Shown here piece by piece: positions 40,701 to 47,907 of a DNA stretch of 64,000 nt. The DNA comes from a virus (Duplodnaviria > Caudoviricetes), in IMG/VR virus record IMGVR_UViG_3300025872_000041, positions 50,559 through 114,558 of that record; one strand, 5' to 3'. Numbering within the stretch: the first letter of the stretch is position 1; every line of letters begins with the position of its first letter. The position numbers were made by a program, and so were the translations under genes. Below the pieces are notes generated by a model. That model was not told the origin of the DNA. It saw only the letters and a program-made list of their open reading frames with translations, and did not search any database.

Positions 40701-43029
40701 GTTTACTAGAGCTGAAAAAATAGTTAATAATAAACCAGAAGATGGTGACTATCATAAATACACCGATGACTTTAAAAAGATCCGGGATAAGTATGAAGAG
40801 TATAGAAACTATAGCTGGAGAAAAAAACGTGGTGTATCAGATGCAGAATATGCAGCTTATAAGAATAAATACTATAACTATTCTGAGTATGTAACTGCAC
40901 AAAAAGAGAAAGATGGTAGTTATTTTGGTGCTACTACAGTTAGAAAAGGATGGTTTGTAAAGCCAGAGTTTAAAGAAGTGCGTGACATTGCTAGTACAGG
41001 TGAAAATATGCTTGATGAAAAGTATATCAAGATTATGAATCCTACTACAGAACTAGAGAGAGCACAGAAAGATTTCTATGATTTTTGGTTACAAGAATTT
41101 GAAAACGGAGCTCTTAAGATGTTACCTCCTTCAGTTAAGAGAGACATGACTGGTAAGTTACCAAGACAAAAACAAAACTTCTTAAATAAATTAAAAGAGA
41201 ATCCTGCAAGCGCTACTACACTTTTAACTAAATCTATATCTACCTGGTTTAAAAGCTTTACAGATGCGGGTTATCAGAAGGTAGTTCTTACAGATGAGGA
41301 GGGTAATGTTATTGAAACACCTCCTATTTTCTTTACAGGTAAGCTTAAAAGTCAGTTCACTATAGATAAGATTAAATCTGAGATAGAAGCATTACAAACT
41401 GAGTTTAGAGATGGTAAAGTATCTACAACTAAGTACAGAGAGAAGTTAAAAGAGTTAGAGCAGCAACTTAAAAGAAATGAAGCAATGCTTAGTAAAGATG
41501 AACTTAACACTGATCTGGTAGATAGTTTAATTAAGTTTAGAGCAATGGCTTCTAACTACCAACACTTAAGTAATGCTGAAGATACAATCTTTGCATTAAA
41601 GAGAGTTGTTGAGAATAGAGAATATGTACAATCTCAAAATGTATTGGTGCGTACATCTACAGGTACAAAGGCTAAAACTGTATCAGGATCAGAGAGTAGA
41701 ACAGCTACTAGATTAAAGAAATGGTTAAAGATGGTTTATTATCAAGAGCAAGAGTTTGATAAAACTACTGCAGATAATATAATAAACAAGATACTTAATG
41801 CAACATCATTATCATATGTAGGATTTAACATCTTTGGTAATATAAATAACTATGCTATGGGTAGAATAAACAACGGTATAGAAACCGGTGGTGGTTTATT
41901 CTATGATAAGAAAGCTATGCTTAGAGCTGTAGGTGTTTACAATAGTGAATATTTACCTGGAACATTTAAAGGTTTAGCTACAAGTAAAGGTTACTATGGT
42001 GAAAAAGATCCTCAATCTAAATATGAAGCATTACTTTATCTATATAGAATGGTAGATAGTGTGGCTCAAAGAGAGGTACAACAGAAAGGTGGTTTAATGG
42101 AATGGGGCTATGTTTTACAAGATGCTGCGGAAACAAACGTACAGAGTAAAGTAGGTATGGCTATTCTTATGTCTAAGCAAATTATAAATGATAAAGGTGA
42201 ATCTCTTTCTATATATGATGCTTATGACTTTGATCCTAATACTGGTAAGTTATCTTTAAAGCCTGGATTTGAGTTATCAGATAATGAACGTTATGATATT
42301 AGAAATAATATTCGTGAAGTAAACAAACAGATTCATGGTAACTATTCTTCTGAAGATAGAGCTGCTTTACAAGATTATAGTATTGGTAAACTTGTATTTC
42401 AGTTTCACAAGTGGGTATATCCAGCATTTAAAGCAAGATTTAAAAGAGAGTACTATGATGAAAACTTAGGTTGGATTGAAGGAAGATACCGGACATTTGC
42501 TAATTTTATGGCACATATTAAATCTGCCAGAGGTGATATCTTTACTAGGATAAGAGATGCAAAAGAAAGTTTAAGAGAAGATCAAGTTAAAAACTTAAAT
42601 CGTATAGCAACTGAGCTCACATTTATCTTATCTTCATTTGCAATTGCTCATATCATATCTTCATTAATTGCAGGTATGGACTTTGATGATGATGATAAAG
42701 AGCTTAAGAGATTATTAAATGCTATGGCTTATCAAGCAGATAGACAGACTTCAGAATTAACAAGTTTTATTAGTCCAACTAATGCCTATATGTTAATGAA
42801 GAGCCCTATTGCATCATCTAAATTATTAGGTGAATTAGGAGAAGCTGTAGGAGATACATTTGCTTTTCCTTATAACTATGCCTTTGATGAAGAAAGTTTG
42901 TATTACAAACAAGGTGCTAGAAAAGGTGAGTTAAAACTTAATAAACAATGGTCAGATGCATTACCTGTTCTTTATACTATTAACAGGTGGCAGTCATATG
43001 ATAATGTTACAGACTTCTATGTAAAATAA
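37741..43029 (+). CDS. giant virion cargo protein with degenerate zincin and PD-(D/E)xK nuclease domain
   Basis: 1762 aa. 'EEMLH' at 38413, nuclease motifs 'AGSLD...IVDLK...QQSIQVMGY' at about 39295-39485, and a C-terminal 'QIHGNY...FQFHKW...EGRYRT' region. Confidence 0.7.
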   Translation: MACHNRNLPEYKALMGVYNNNLIVDSIIDNYQLKENTDNFPSIAEAEDIVKANQVKFSLKKKQYADAVIGNLRQRRMISSVTIDGKLRYFVTGTIEGMREIDPAVLRNNKQRIINYLNYNRVPAETYDFRTTENSIEFIIKENMFTPVDVIGESENTNNAIDVLEYLSAVLPDVSYEIVTVEEAKKIYDKLPVKPNLNFDKIKSFYYQNTAYIIKSRVTTETAIEEMLHPVVDALFVGRPDIFGKLLIEARQAFPVLTQQIKDSYTGQKGFFEKYRDVELVTQALTRHFKKEYENQPGNSFKSAIREFIEWFAELVNDIYKAITGNELNISAQDLKENVTLTDIAKLLNTKELRFSTGPIASNVQATVKLSIDKNDPEYIRKEASKKAAKNRAVNNLQRDIVDVLYNTPMFLDEETHTYTNLETGEEYKSMTSAIKGGLNDPDNLYEMNRLFGKDFDKILQDIIDGKTFDEALESVTVLDPALAEDAYDSLSAYVATLTLDGSVILPQVILADDQSKIAGSLDILIIKPDGSLYIVDLKVSKTSIKDPGYYEIAYPTNEGSLLQGQRLTTKQQQSIQVMGYAKLANINGFPVSGVSTYHYNLDIEGKGKDQKVKSFRVEGVVQHNETENLTYVDRIIPTDPFKNTLNDLKIKNGYNVTNDPNFISPEDEKSEVGLTDEQYTNVALFMKDVVSQLVKRNDALQSIIDSSKQIKPKKQTVDKINSLIAILSTEINSGKADIALGRFLNSSKEELENFIKYASNPKSVSKEDYISVVLMFSKFMETYRGIRNLSLSNVVNPGQREIAIAVTDLLNIADSTIDQAIENFTINFIRTNSTRNFTEEDLKNIIKETTDISMADAQLGDLATSTDTILALIDKVYKREKQKIEDDVQEFSERAITLGNRLASLSGGAPNYDFMLVYDKDGKFTGRYVQKIGYQYYKKFYELRNKLVDNNGNWLEYINIPNLDDAKVEDIKFNQELFLNRQAYSEFTRAEKIVNNKPEDGDYHKYTDDFKKIRDKYEEYRNYSWRKKRGVSDAEYAAYKNKYYNYSEYVTAQKEKDGSYFGATTVRKGWFVKPEFKEVRDIASTGENMLDEKYIKIMNPTTELERAQKDFYDFWLQEFENGALKMLPPSVKRDMTGKLPRQKQNFLNKLKENPASATTLLTKSISTWFKSFTDAGYQKVVLTDEEGNVIETPPIFFTGKLKSQFTIDKIKSEIEALQTEFRDGKVSTTKYREKLKELEQQLKRNEAMLSKDELNTDLVDSLIKFRAMASNYQHLSNAEDTIFALKRVVENREYVQSQNVLVRTSTGTKAKTVSGSESRTATRLKKWLKMVYYQEQEFDKTTADNIINKILNATSLSYVGFNIFGNINNYAMGRINNGIETGGGLFYDKKAMLRAVGVYNSEYLPGTFKGLATSKGYYGEKDPQSKYEALLYLYRMVDSVAQREVQQKGGLMEWGYVLQDAAETNVQSKVGMAILMSKQIINDKGESLSIYDAYDFDPNTGKLSLKPGFELSDNERYDIRNNIREVNKQIHGNYSSEDRAALQDYSIGKLVFQFHKWVYPAFKARFKREYYDENLGWIEGRYRTFANFMAHIKSARGDIFTRIRDAKESLREDQVKNLNRIATELTFILSSFAIAHIISSLIAGMDFDDDDKELKRLLNAMAYQADRQTSELTSFISPTNAYMLMKSPIASSKLLGELGEAVGDTFAFPYNYAFDEESLYYKQGARKGELKLNKQWSDALPVLYTINRWQSYDNVTDFYVK

Positions 43030-43030
43030 T

Positions 43031-43046
43031 GGGGGATTTCTCCCCC
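43031..43046 (-). terminator. hairpin terminator GGGGGA-GAAA-TCCCCC (possibly bidirectional)
   Basis: 6-bp GC stem with a GNRA loop on the - strand followed by ATTATTTT; lies between convergent stops at 43029 and 43053. Confidence 0.65.
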
Positions 43047-43052
43047 TACATT

Positions 43053-43208
43053 TTACTTGTGAGTAAATAGTATTGATACCGTAACAAAAATTATCCCAAA
43101 AGATAATCTTGTTGCTTCAATCATTTTACCATTATCCTCATAGTTGAGGACATCTACATTTACTCCTAAGAGTACATCTTGTTTTGGAAGGAAGTTTATA
43201 CCTATCAT
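43053..43208 (-). CDS. small 51-aa protein with hydrophobic C-terminus (not in ORF track)
   Basis: Manual translation: MIGINFLPKQDVLLGVNVDVLNYEDNGKMIEATRLSFGIIFVTVSILFTHK*. Fills the intergenic gap and has its own TAnnTTTG element and terminator. Confidence 0.65.
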   Translation of the reverse strand: MIGINFLPKQDVLLGVNVDVLNYEDNGKMIEATRLSFGIIFVTVSILFTHK

Positions 43209-43220
43209 ATGTATGTTATT

Positions 43221-43228
43221 CAAATCTA
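43221..43228 (-). promoter_or_regulatory. Bacteroidota -7 promoter element (TAGATTTG)
   Basis: TAnnTTTG on the - strand, 12 nt upstream of the ATG at 43208. Confidence 0.5.
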
Positions 43229-43240
43229 ATTAATTTTCAC

Positions 43241-43255
43241 TATATTATATATGTA
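43241..43255 (+). promoter_or_regulatory. putative phage late-promoter motif (TATATTATATATGTA)
   Basis: Recurrent 15-nt motif, upstream of the holin/lysin operon. Confidence 0.5.
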
Positions 43256-43315
43256 GTACCCTAAAAACCATCTAGGGCTGCATCCCGAATCAACTGCGGT
43301 AAAAAATAATACCGT

Positions 43316-43564
43316 ATGAAACTATTAAACTTTATTGGAGGTCTTTTCAAGGATGAAAAAGGCTCCGTTTCTATGAAGCGCTTGTGTGGCTTAGTCTGCA
43401 CTATTACTCTTTGCGCTACTTTGTATGCTAACTCTTTTACTGAGGCTCACTTTGCACCATCTGTACCATTGGTAGATGCTGTTGCTTTGTTGGCTTTTGG
43501 TTGTTTAGGTTTGACTTCTGTTGAGAAAATCATGAAGAAGCCAGAAGCTAATACTGAAGAGTAA
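43316..43564 (+). CDS. putative holin
   Basis: 82 aa with two hydrophobic segments, an 'SMKR' motif and a charged C-terminus; directly before the lysin-like gene. Confidence 0.6.
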   Translation: MKLLNFIGGLFKDEKGSVSMKRLCGLVCTITLCATLYANSFTEAHFAPSVPLVDAVALLAFGCLGLTSVEKIMKKPEANTEE

Positions 43565-43574
43565 TTTACTGTTT

Positions 43575-43595
43575 ACTATAAACTATAAACTATAA
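43575..43595 (+). repeat. tandem repeat (ACTATAA)x3
   Basis: Three exact copies in the holin-endolysin spacer, ending 6 nt before the ATG at 43602. Confidence 0.7.
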
Positions 43596-43601
43596 ACAAT
43601 T

Positions 43602-44189
43602 ATGAGCTATACTAGAGAACAAATTGAAGCTGCTGTAAAAGCAAAAGGTTATAAGTACTTCGAGAATGGAGACTTTAACGTAAACATTATTGGTGTCCGT
43701 AATTCCTCTACTGGTAACAAAGTAACCAATGTATTTGATGATCATTTAACTCTTTCTTATAAAGAGAATGGTGAGTGGAAATTTAAAATTTGGCCTGCTA
43801 CCACTGATCCTGGAACCAAGGGTGTTAAAGAATTTCACAACGCTGCTGGAGTTGCACGTTTAGTGCCTGGTCAATATTCAGGTTCACACCATGTAGGTTT
43901 GCACCAAGGTAAATATGAGGCCCTTAAGCAGAAGGCAAATGTAAAAGTTTACCGTGATGCTAACAAAGACATGACTTATGATGAATCTAAGATACAAGAA
44001 GGGATCTTCGGTATTAACATTCACAAAGCTGGTGCAGATTCTACTTACGTGGAAAACTGGTCTGAGGGTTGCCAAGTGTTCAAGAAGTCTGCGGACTTTG
44101 ATGCATTTATGGCTATCTGTAAGAAAGCTGCTACACTGGGTGGTAACTCTTTTACCTATACTCTTATCGAGTCTAAAGATATTAAATAA
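43602..44189 (+). CDS. putative endolysin (L,D-transpeptidase/YkuD-like fold)
   Basis: 'NIIGVR...FDD...TTDPG...GINIH...WSEGCQV', giving an H...S-x-G-C catalytic pattern; follows the holin. Confidence 0.65.
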   Translation: MSYTREQIEAAVKAKGYKYFENGDFNVNIIGVRNSSTGNKVTNVFDDHLTLSYKENGEWKFKIWPATTDPGTKGVKEFHNAAGVARLVPGQYSGSHHVGLHQGKYEALKQKANVKVYRDANKDMTYDESKIQEGIFGINIHKAGADSTYVENWSEGCQVFKKSADFDAFMAICKKAATLGGNSFTYTLIESKDIK

Positions 44190-44192
44190 TCT

Positions 44193-44642
44193 ATGAAGGG
44201 GTTAATTATTAACCTCTTTTTATTCTTAGCCGTCCCTTGTTTTGCTCAAATCAAAATTGACAAAGCTGGGGACGGTTGGGATTTAAAAGTTGATTCAGCA
44301 ATTCAACTAATAAAGAAGGTAGACATAGATAAGTATAAGATGCTTGATACAAATTGTACTCAGGTATCTTTTATGATAAGTCCCTATTCTTCTTGCCAAC
44401 TAGAGAATGGTAAAGGTCATATCTACATAGCTGTAGATGATATTAAACTAAACTCTATAAATAATATTGCTGTAGTTCTAGTACATGAAAGCCTACATCT
44501 TTATATAGCAAAAAAAGGTATAGAGATGATTCCTGAAAAGGAGGAGACATTTTGTTACATGTATGAATTGAGCTTTATAAAAAACTTAGAAAATCCAGAG
44601 CCTTGGCTCACAGAACACGCTATTAACAACATAAAAAAATGA
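44193..44642 (+). CDS. secreted zincin-like metallopeptidase
   Basis: Signal peptide ending AVPCFA|Q; HESLH motif with downstream 'EE..CY.YE'. Confidence 0.65.
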   Translation: MKGLIINLFLFLAVPCFAQIKIDKAGDGWDLKVDSAIQLIKKVDIDKYKMLDTNCTQVSFMISPYSSCQLENGKGHIYIAVDDIKLNSINNIAVVLVHESLHLYIAKKGIEMIPEKEETFCYMYELSFIKNLENPEPWLTEHAINNIKK

Positions 44643-46531
44643 AAAAATTTATCTCTTCACTTGTAACTACTTTGTTTGCAACCGTAATGTTTGCGCAAAG
44701 TTCTAGCACATCTCCAGGTACAGGCCACTGGGTTGTGATTGATTCTGGCTACCAAGTTGCTACTACTACTGTAGGACAGACAGTAGCACCTTTACATTTT
44801 TACAATACCTCTACTTCTGAGAAGATCACCGGTATGCAGTTCCGTGTATTCTACGATAACACTGCATTTACTGCTGTAGTTCCTTCTTTAAAGATCTCTA
44901 GTACAGATCAGTATCTTCAGTACGTAGATAGTAATGCACAAGGATTCTTGACTGTAACTTTAGCTTACACTGGATCTAATGCTACTTTTAACTACTCTAA
45001 TGGAGCTACATTTGATTTAACCTTCACACACGCAGGAAGTGCAGTATGGAACAACTTAGATTCTATTAAGACTTTGAAAGTTGCGGGTGTTAAATCATTT
45101 GCAAACAAAGCTGCTACTAACTGGGGTAACGATACTACATTAGTAGTTTACTCTTACGGTGGTCGCTTCAACCAAAAAGTATTACGCTTTGCTGCTAAGT
45201 TTAAGAACGTAACAGGTTCTGATGCTAAGAACTTGTGGGTGTCTTTAGAAAAGAAATCTCCTAGCGGATCTTGGACTCAAGTAGAAGCTAAAGCAACTAA
45301 CTCTACTGGTGTTGTAGTATTCCGTAAATTCTTAGATACTACTTACTGGGATGTACGTATGGTAGTCAAAGGAGATACAATGACTCCTGGTAACGTATTC
45401 TCTACTGCAGATGCACAGAAGATTAACCAATCTATCTTAGCACAATACACTCCTTCAGGATTTGATTACTACACAATGGATGTAAACAACACTGATGGAT
45501 CTATTACTATTGCTGATGTATACTCTGTATACGGACGTTTAGCAGGTAGATTCTCTGCTTGGCCTAATGCTAAGAAAGATGTAATGTTCTTTACTGTTGC
45601 TGAATACAATGCTATCAATGGAGCTGCTTCTAACTTGACTGGTACCTACGCTACTGTAAACAACTTCAACTACTCTATTGATGGTAAAGATTCTATCACT
45701 TACTACGTAGCTGTTAAAGGAGATGCCAACTCTACCGGCTTTAAGATGGCTCGTTTGACTCCTATCAAGATTACAAACCCTGCTAATGCTAAGCGTTATA
45801 TTATTGATGAGACTGTAGCTTATGACTTCCCTGCAGAAACTATTGAAATCAATATGCCTAAAGTAACTGTAGATGAAGGTAACTTAGTTAACGTTCCTGT
45901 TAAAGTTCTTACAGATGGTAAGCAGTTAGGAGCTCTTCAGTTAGACTTGCGTTATGACACTGCTTACTTAGAGTTTAAGAAAGTAGAAAACACCGAAAAG
46001 ATGATGAAGTGGACTTCTTACTTAAACCCTTCTAATGGTACAGTATCTTGGGGAGCAGCTGACTTAACTAACGAGAACTTCTTAAATGATGGAGAGCAAG
46101 TATTCACTCTTCAGTTTATTGCTAAGAAACCACAAGACTCTTGGGCTACTGCAGCTTTATGGACTGGTGCTAAATACGTAGGAGATGTAAAGTCTAAAGA
46201 CATGAACATTACCCCGGCTATGGGTATTGTAGAGGTACGTAGAATTAACAAAGGAGTTGTCTCTTTAAATGACCTTAACTCTGTAATTGTATTCCCTAAT
46301 CCTACAGATGGTGCAGTACAGATCCAATTCCAGATTAAACAAGATGCTGACGTAGATGTAGCTATCTCTGATGAGGTAGGAAGACGTATACAGACCATTC
46401 TAAACGAGAAGATGCCTGCAGGTAAATACAAGTATACTGCTAACTTAGATCGTCTTTCTGATGGTGTATATGTACTTACTGTAGTTACAGAGCACGAAGT
46501 ATTACATTCTAAAATTATTGTAAACAAATGA
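44639..46531 (+). CDS. T9SS C-terminal sorting domain protein with cohesin-like and dockerin/EF-hand-like domains
   Basis: Signal peptide VMFA|Q. Cohesin-like 'ITGMQFRVFYD' and 'VPVKV...LGALQLDLRYD'; Ca-loop 'DVNNTDGSITIADV'; type A CTD 'VFPNPT...G...LSDGVYVLTV...KIIVNK'. Confidence 0.8.
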   Translation: MKKFISSLVTTLFATVMFAQSSSTSPGTGHWVVIDSGYQVATTTVGQTVAPLHFYNTSTSEKITGMQFRVFYDNTAFTAVVPSLKISSTDQYLQYVDSNAQGFLTVTLAYTGSNATFNYSNGATFDLTFTHAGSAVWNNLDSIKTLKVAGVKSFANKAATNWGNDTTLVVYSYGGRFNQKVLRFAAKFKNVTGSDAKNLWVSLEKKSPSGSWTQVEAKATNSTGVVVFRKFLDTTYWDVRMVVKGDTMTPGNVFSTADAQKINQSILAQYTPSGFDYYTMDVNNTDGSITIADVYSVYGRLAGRFSAWPNAKKDVMFFTVAEYNAINGAASNLTGTYATVNNFNYSIDGKDSITYYVAVKGDANSTGFKMARLTPIKITNPANAKRYIIDETVAYDFPAETIEINMPKVTVDEGNLVNVPVKVLTDGKQLGALQLDLRYDTAYLEFKKVENTEKMMKWTSYLNPSNGTVSWGAADLTNENFLNDGEQVFTLQFIAKKPQDSWATAALWTGAKYVGDVKSKDMNITPAMGIVEVRRINKGVVSLNDLNSVIVFPNPTDGAVQIQFQIKQDADVDVAISDEVGRRIQTILNEKMPAGKYKYTANLDRLSDGVYVLTVVTEHEVLHSKIIVNK

Positions 46532-46878
46532 ACATTAAAAAAGCACTTGGTCTTAACCAAGCAGAACCCGTAGTAGTAGATCCTAAGAACAGGTTCTATT
46601 ATATGCTACAACAAATGCAAGCAAACCGTTGGAAGATTACAGCTATTGTATTAGGTTTGTTCTTCTTTATTATCCTTGGTATTAACTCTGCAGTATTCTT
46701 TGGAATAGAAATCCAAGAGAACTGGAAAGAGATGTTACTAATTCTTTTTGGTGCATTTGTAGGTAACTTAAATAAAGTAGTAGACTACTGGTTTAACTCA
46801 GAAGACCGTGACAAGATGCTAATACAAAAGGTGGATGAAGAAGACGGAGAATCATTATCTAACCCAAATAACTCTTAA
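46528..46878 (+). CDS. small two-TM membrane protein
   Basis: Hydrophobic segments 'ITAIVLGLFFFIILGINSAVFF' and 'MLLILFGAFVGNL', with an acidic tail. Confidence 0.65.
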   Translation: MNIKKALGLNQAEPVVVDPKNRFYYMLQQMQANRWKITAIVLGLFFFIILGINSAVFFGIEIQENWKEMLLILFGAFVGNLNKVVDYWFNSEDRDKMLIQKVDEEDGESLSNPNNS

Positions 46879-46882
46879 TATT

Positions 46883-47215
46883 ATGTCTGAAGAACAACAA
46901 GAAGAAAGCGTAATGTCTGCTACTAAGAAAGCAGTCATTGGCGCAGTCACCACTGCAGTAACTGCAGGAGGTGCATGGTTTATGACCCACTTAGGTGGCG
47001 GAGAAGAGCCTAAAGAAGAAGCTAAAACAGAACAAGCTGCATCCGGTGCACCTGTTGTGATTAACTTACAGAACAACAACACTAACCAACAGAAGCAATC
47101 TAATGGTGGAGGTACTAACACAGTTATTAAAGAACGTGTTATTGAGAAACAAGCTCCTGCACCAGCCGCTGCTCCTGCTGCTAAGCCTGAACCTAAAGAA
47201 GAAGATCCATGGTAA
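46883..47215 (+). CDS. membrane-anchored low-complexity protein
   Basis: Likely start is the ATG at 46883 (MSEEQQ). One Gly/Ala/Thr-rich TM-like segment, then Asn/Gln- and Pro/Ala-rich regions. Confidence 0.6.
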   Translation: MSEEQQEESVMSATKKAVIGAVTTAVTAGGAWFMTHLGGGEEPKEEAKTEQAASGAPVVINLQNNNTNQQKQSNGGGTNTVIKERVIEKQAPAPAAAPAAKPEPKEEDPW

Positions 47216-47907
47216 AAAAGTGGTTCAATAAGTTTATGACTTTAGTAGTCATGACTCTTGCTGGTTGTGGTTCAATGAAAACAACAACTGATGGAGAAGC
47301 TGTAGAGAGCAAAGATATCTCTACAGTTTCTTCTTATACTGATTCTATTAAGAAAACAGTGCAAGTAGTTAGTGTAGATATGACAAAAGTTCTTTCTTTG
47401 TATCCTGCTTTACAGGAAAAGAATGTAGGACTTGGTTTTGCTGAGTCAGTACTAGATTATTTGGATGAAACAAACAGATTTATATTTACAGAAGAAAAGT
47501 CAGAGATCAAAGAAAGAATGGTTACTCAATTCAAAGCCTCTAAAAAAGGTGTATTTGATGAGCCAATTGATGGAAAAGGTAAGATTAAACCTGCTCACTA
47601 CTTTGTTTATGTTACTGTGGCTGATTTTGCTGTTGATGAAGACGAGCAAGTTGATGGTCTTAAGTCAAAAGTTGTGGTTACTACCTTCATTCGTTTACAG
47701 GTCCGCTTTGTGGATGCTAAAACAGGTCAGATCTATATTGGTTCTGGTGAAGGTGAATCAACAAAGACTGGTGAATCATTCTTGAAGTCTCTGGATGATA
47801 TGAAATTCTCTCAAAGTACTGTAGGTAAAGCTACCCGTAAGTCTCTTGAAACTGCTTGCACTAATGTGATCCAAAATCTCATTAAGTCAGGTGTATTTAA
47901 AAACTAA
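47209..47907 (+). CDS. CsgG/HfaB-family lipoprotein
   Basis: Lipobox LAGC and CsgG-type pattern 'L.ETNRF...E' and 'LQVRFVDAKTGQI..GSGEG'. Confidence 0.75.
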   Translation: MVKKWFNKFMTLVVMTLAGCGSMKTTTDGEAVESKDISTVSSYTDSIKKTVQVVSVDMTKVLSLYPALQEKNVGLGFAESVLDYLDETNRFIFTEEKSEIKERMVTQFKASKKGVFDEPIDGKGKIKPAHYFVYVTVADFAVDEDEQVDGLKSKVVVTTFIRLQVRFVDAKTGQIYIGSGEGESTKTGESFLKSLDDMKFSQSTVGKATRKSLETACTNVIQNLIKSGVFKN

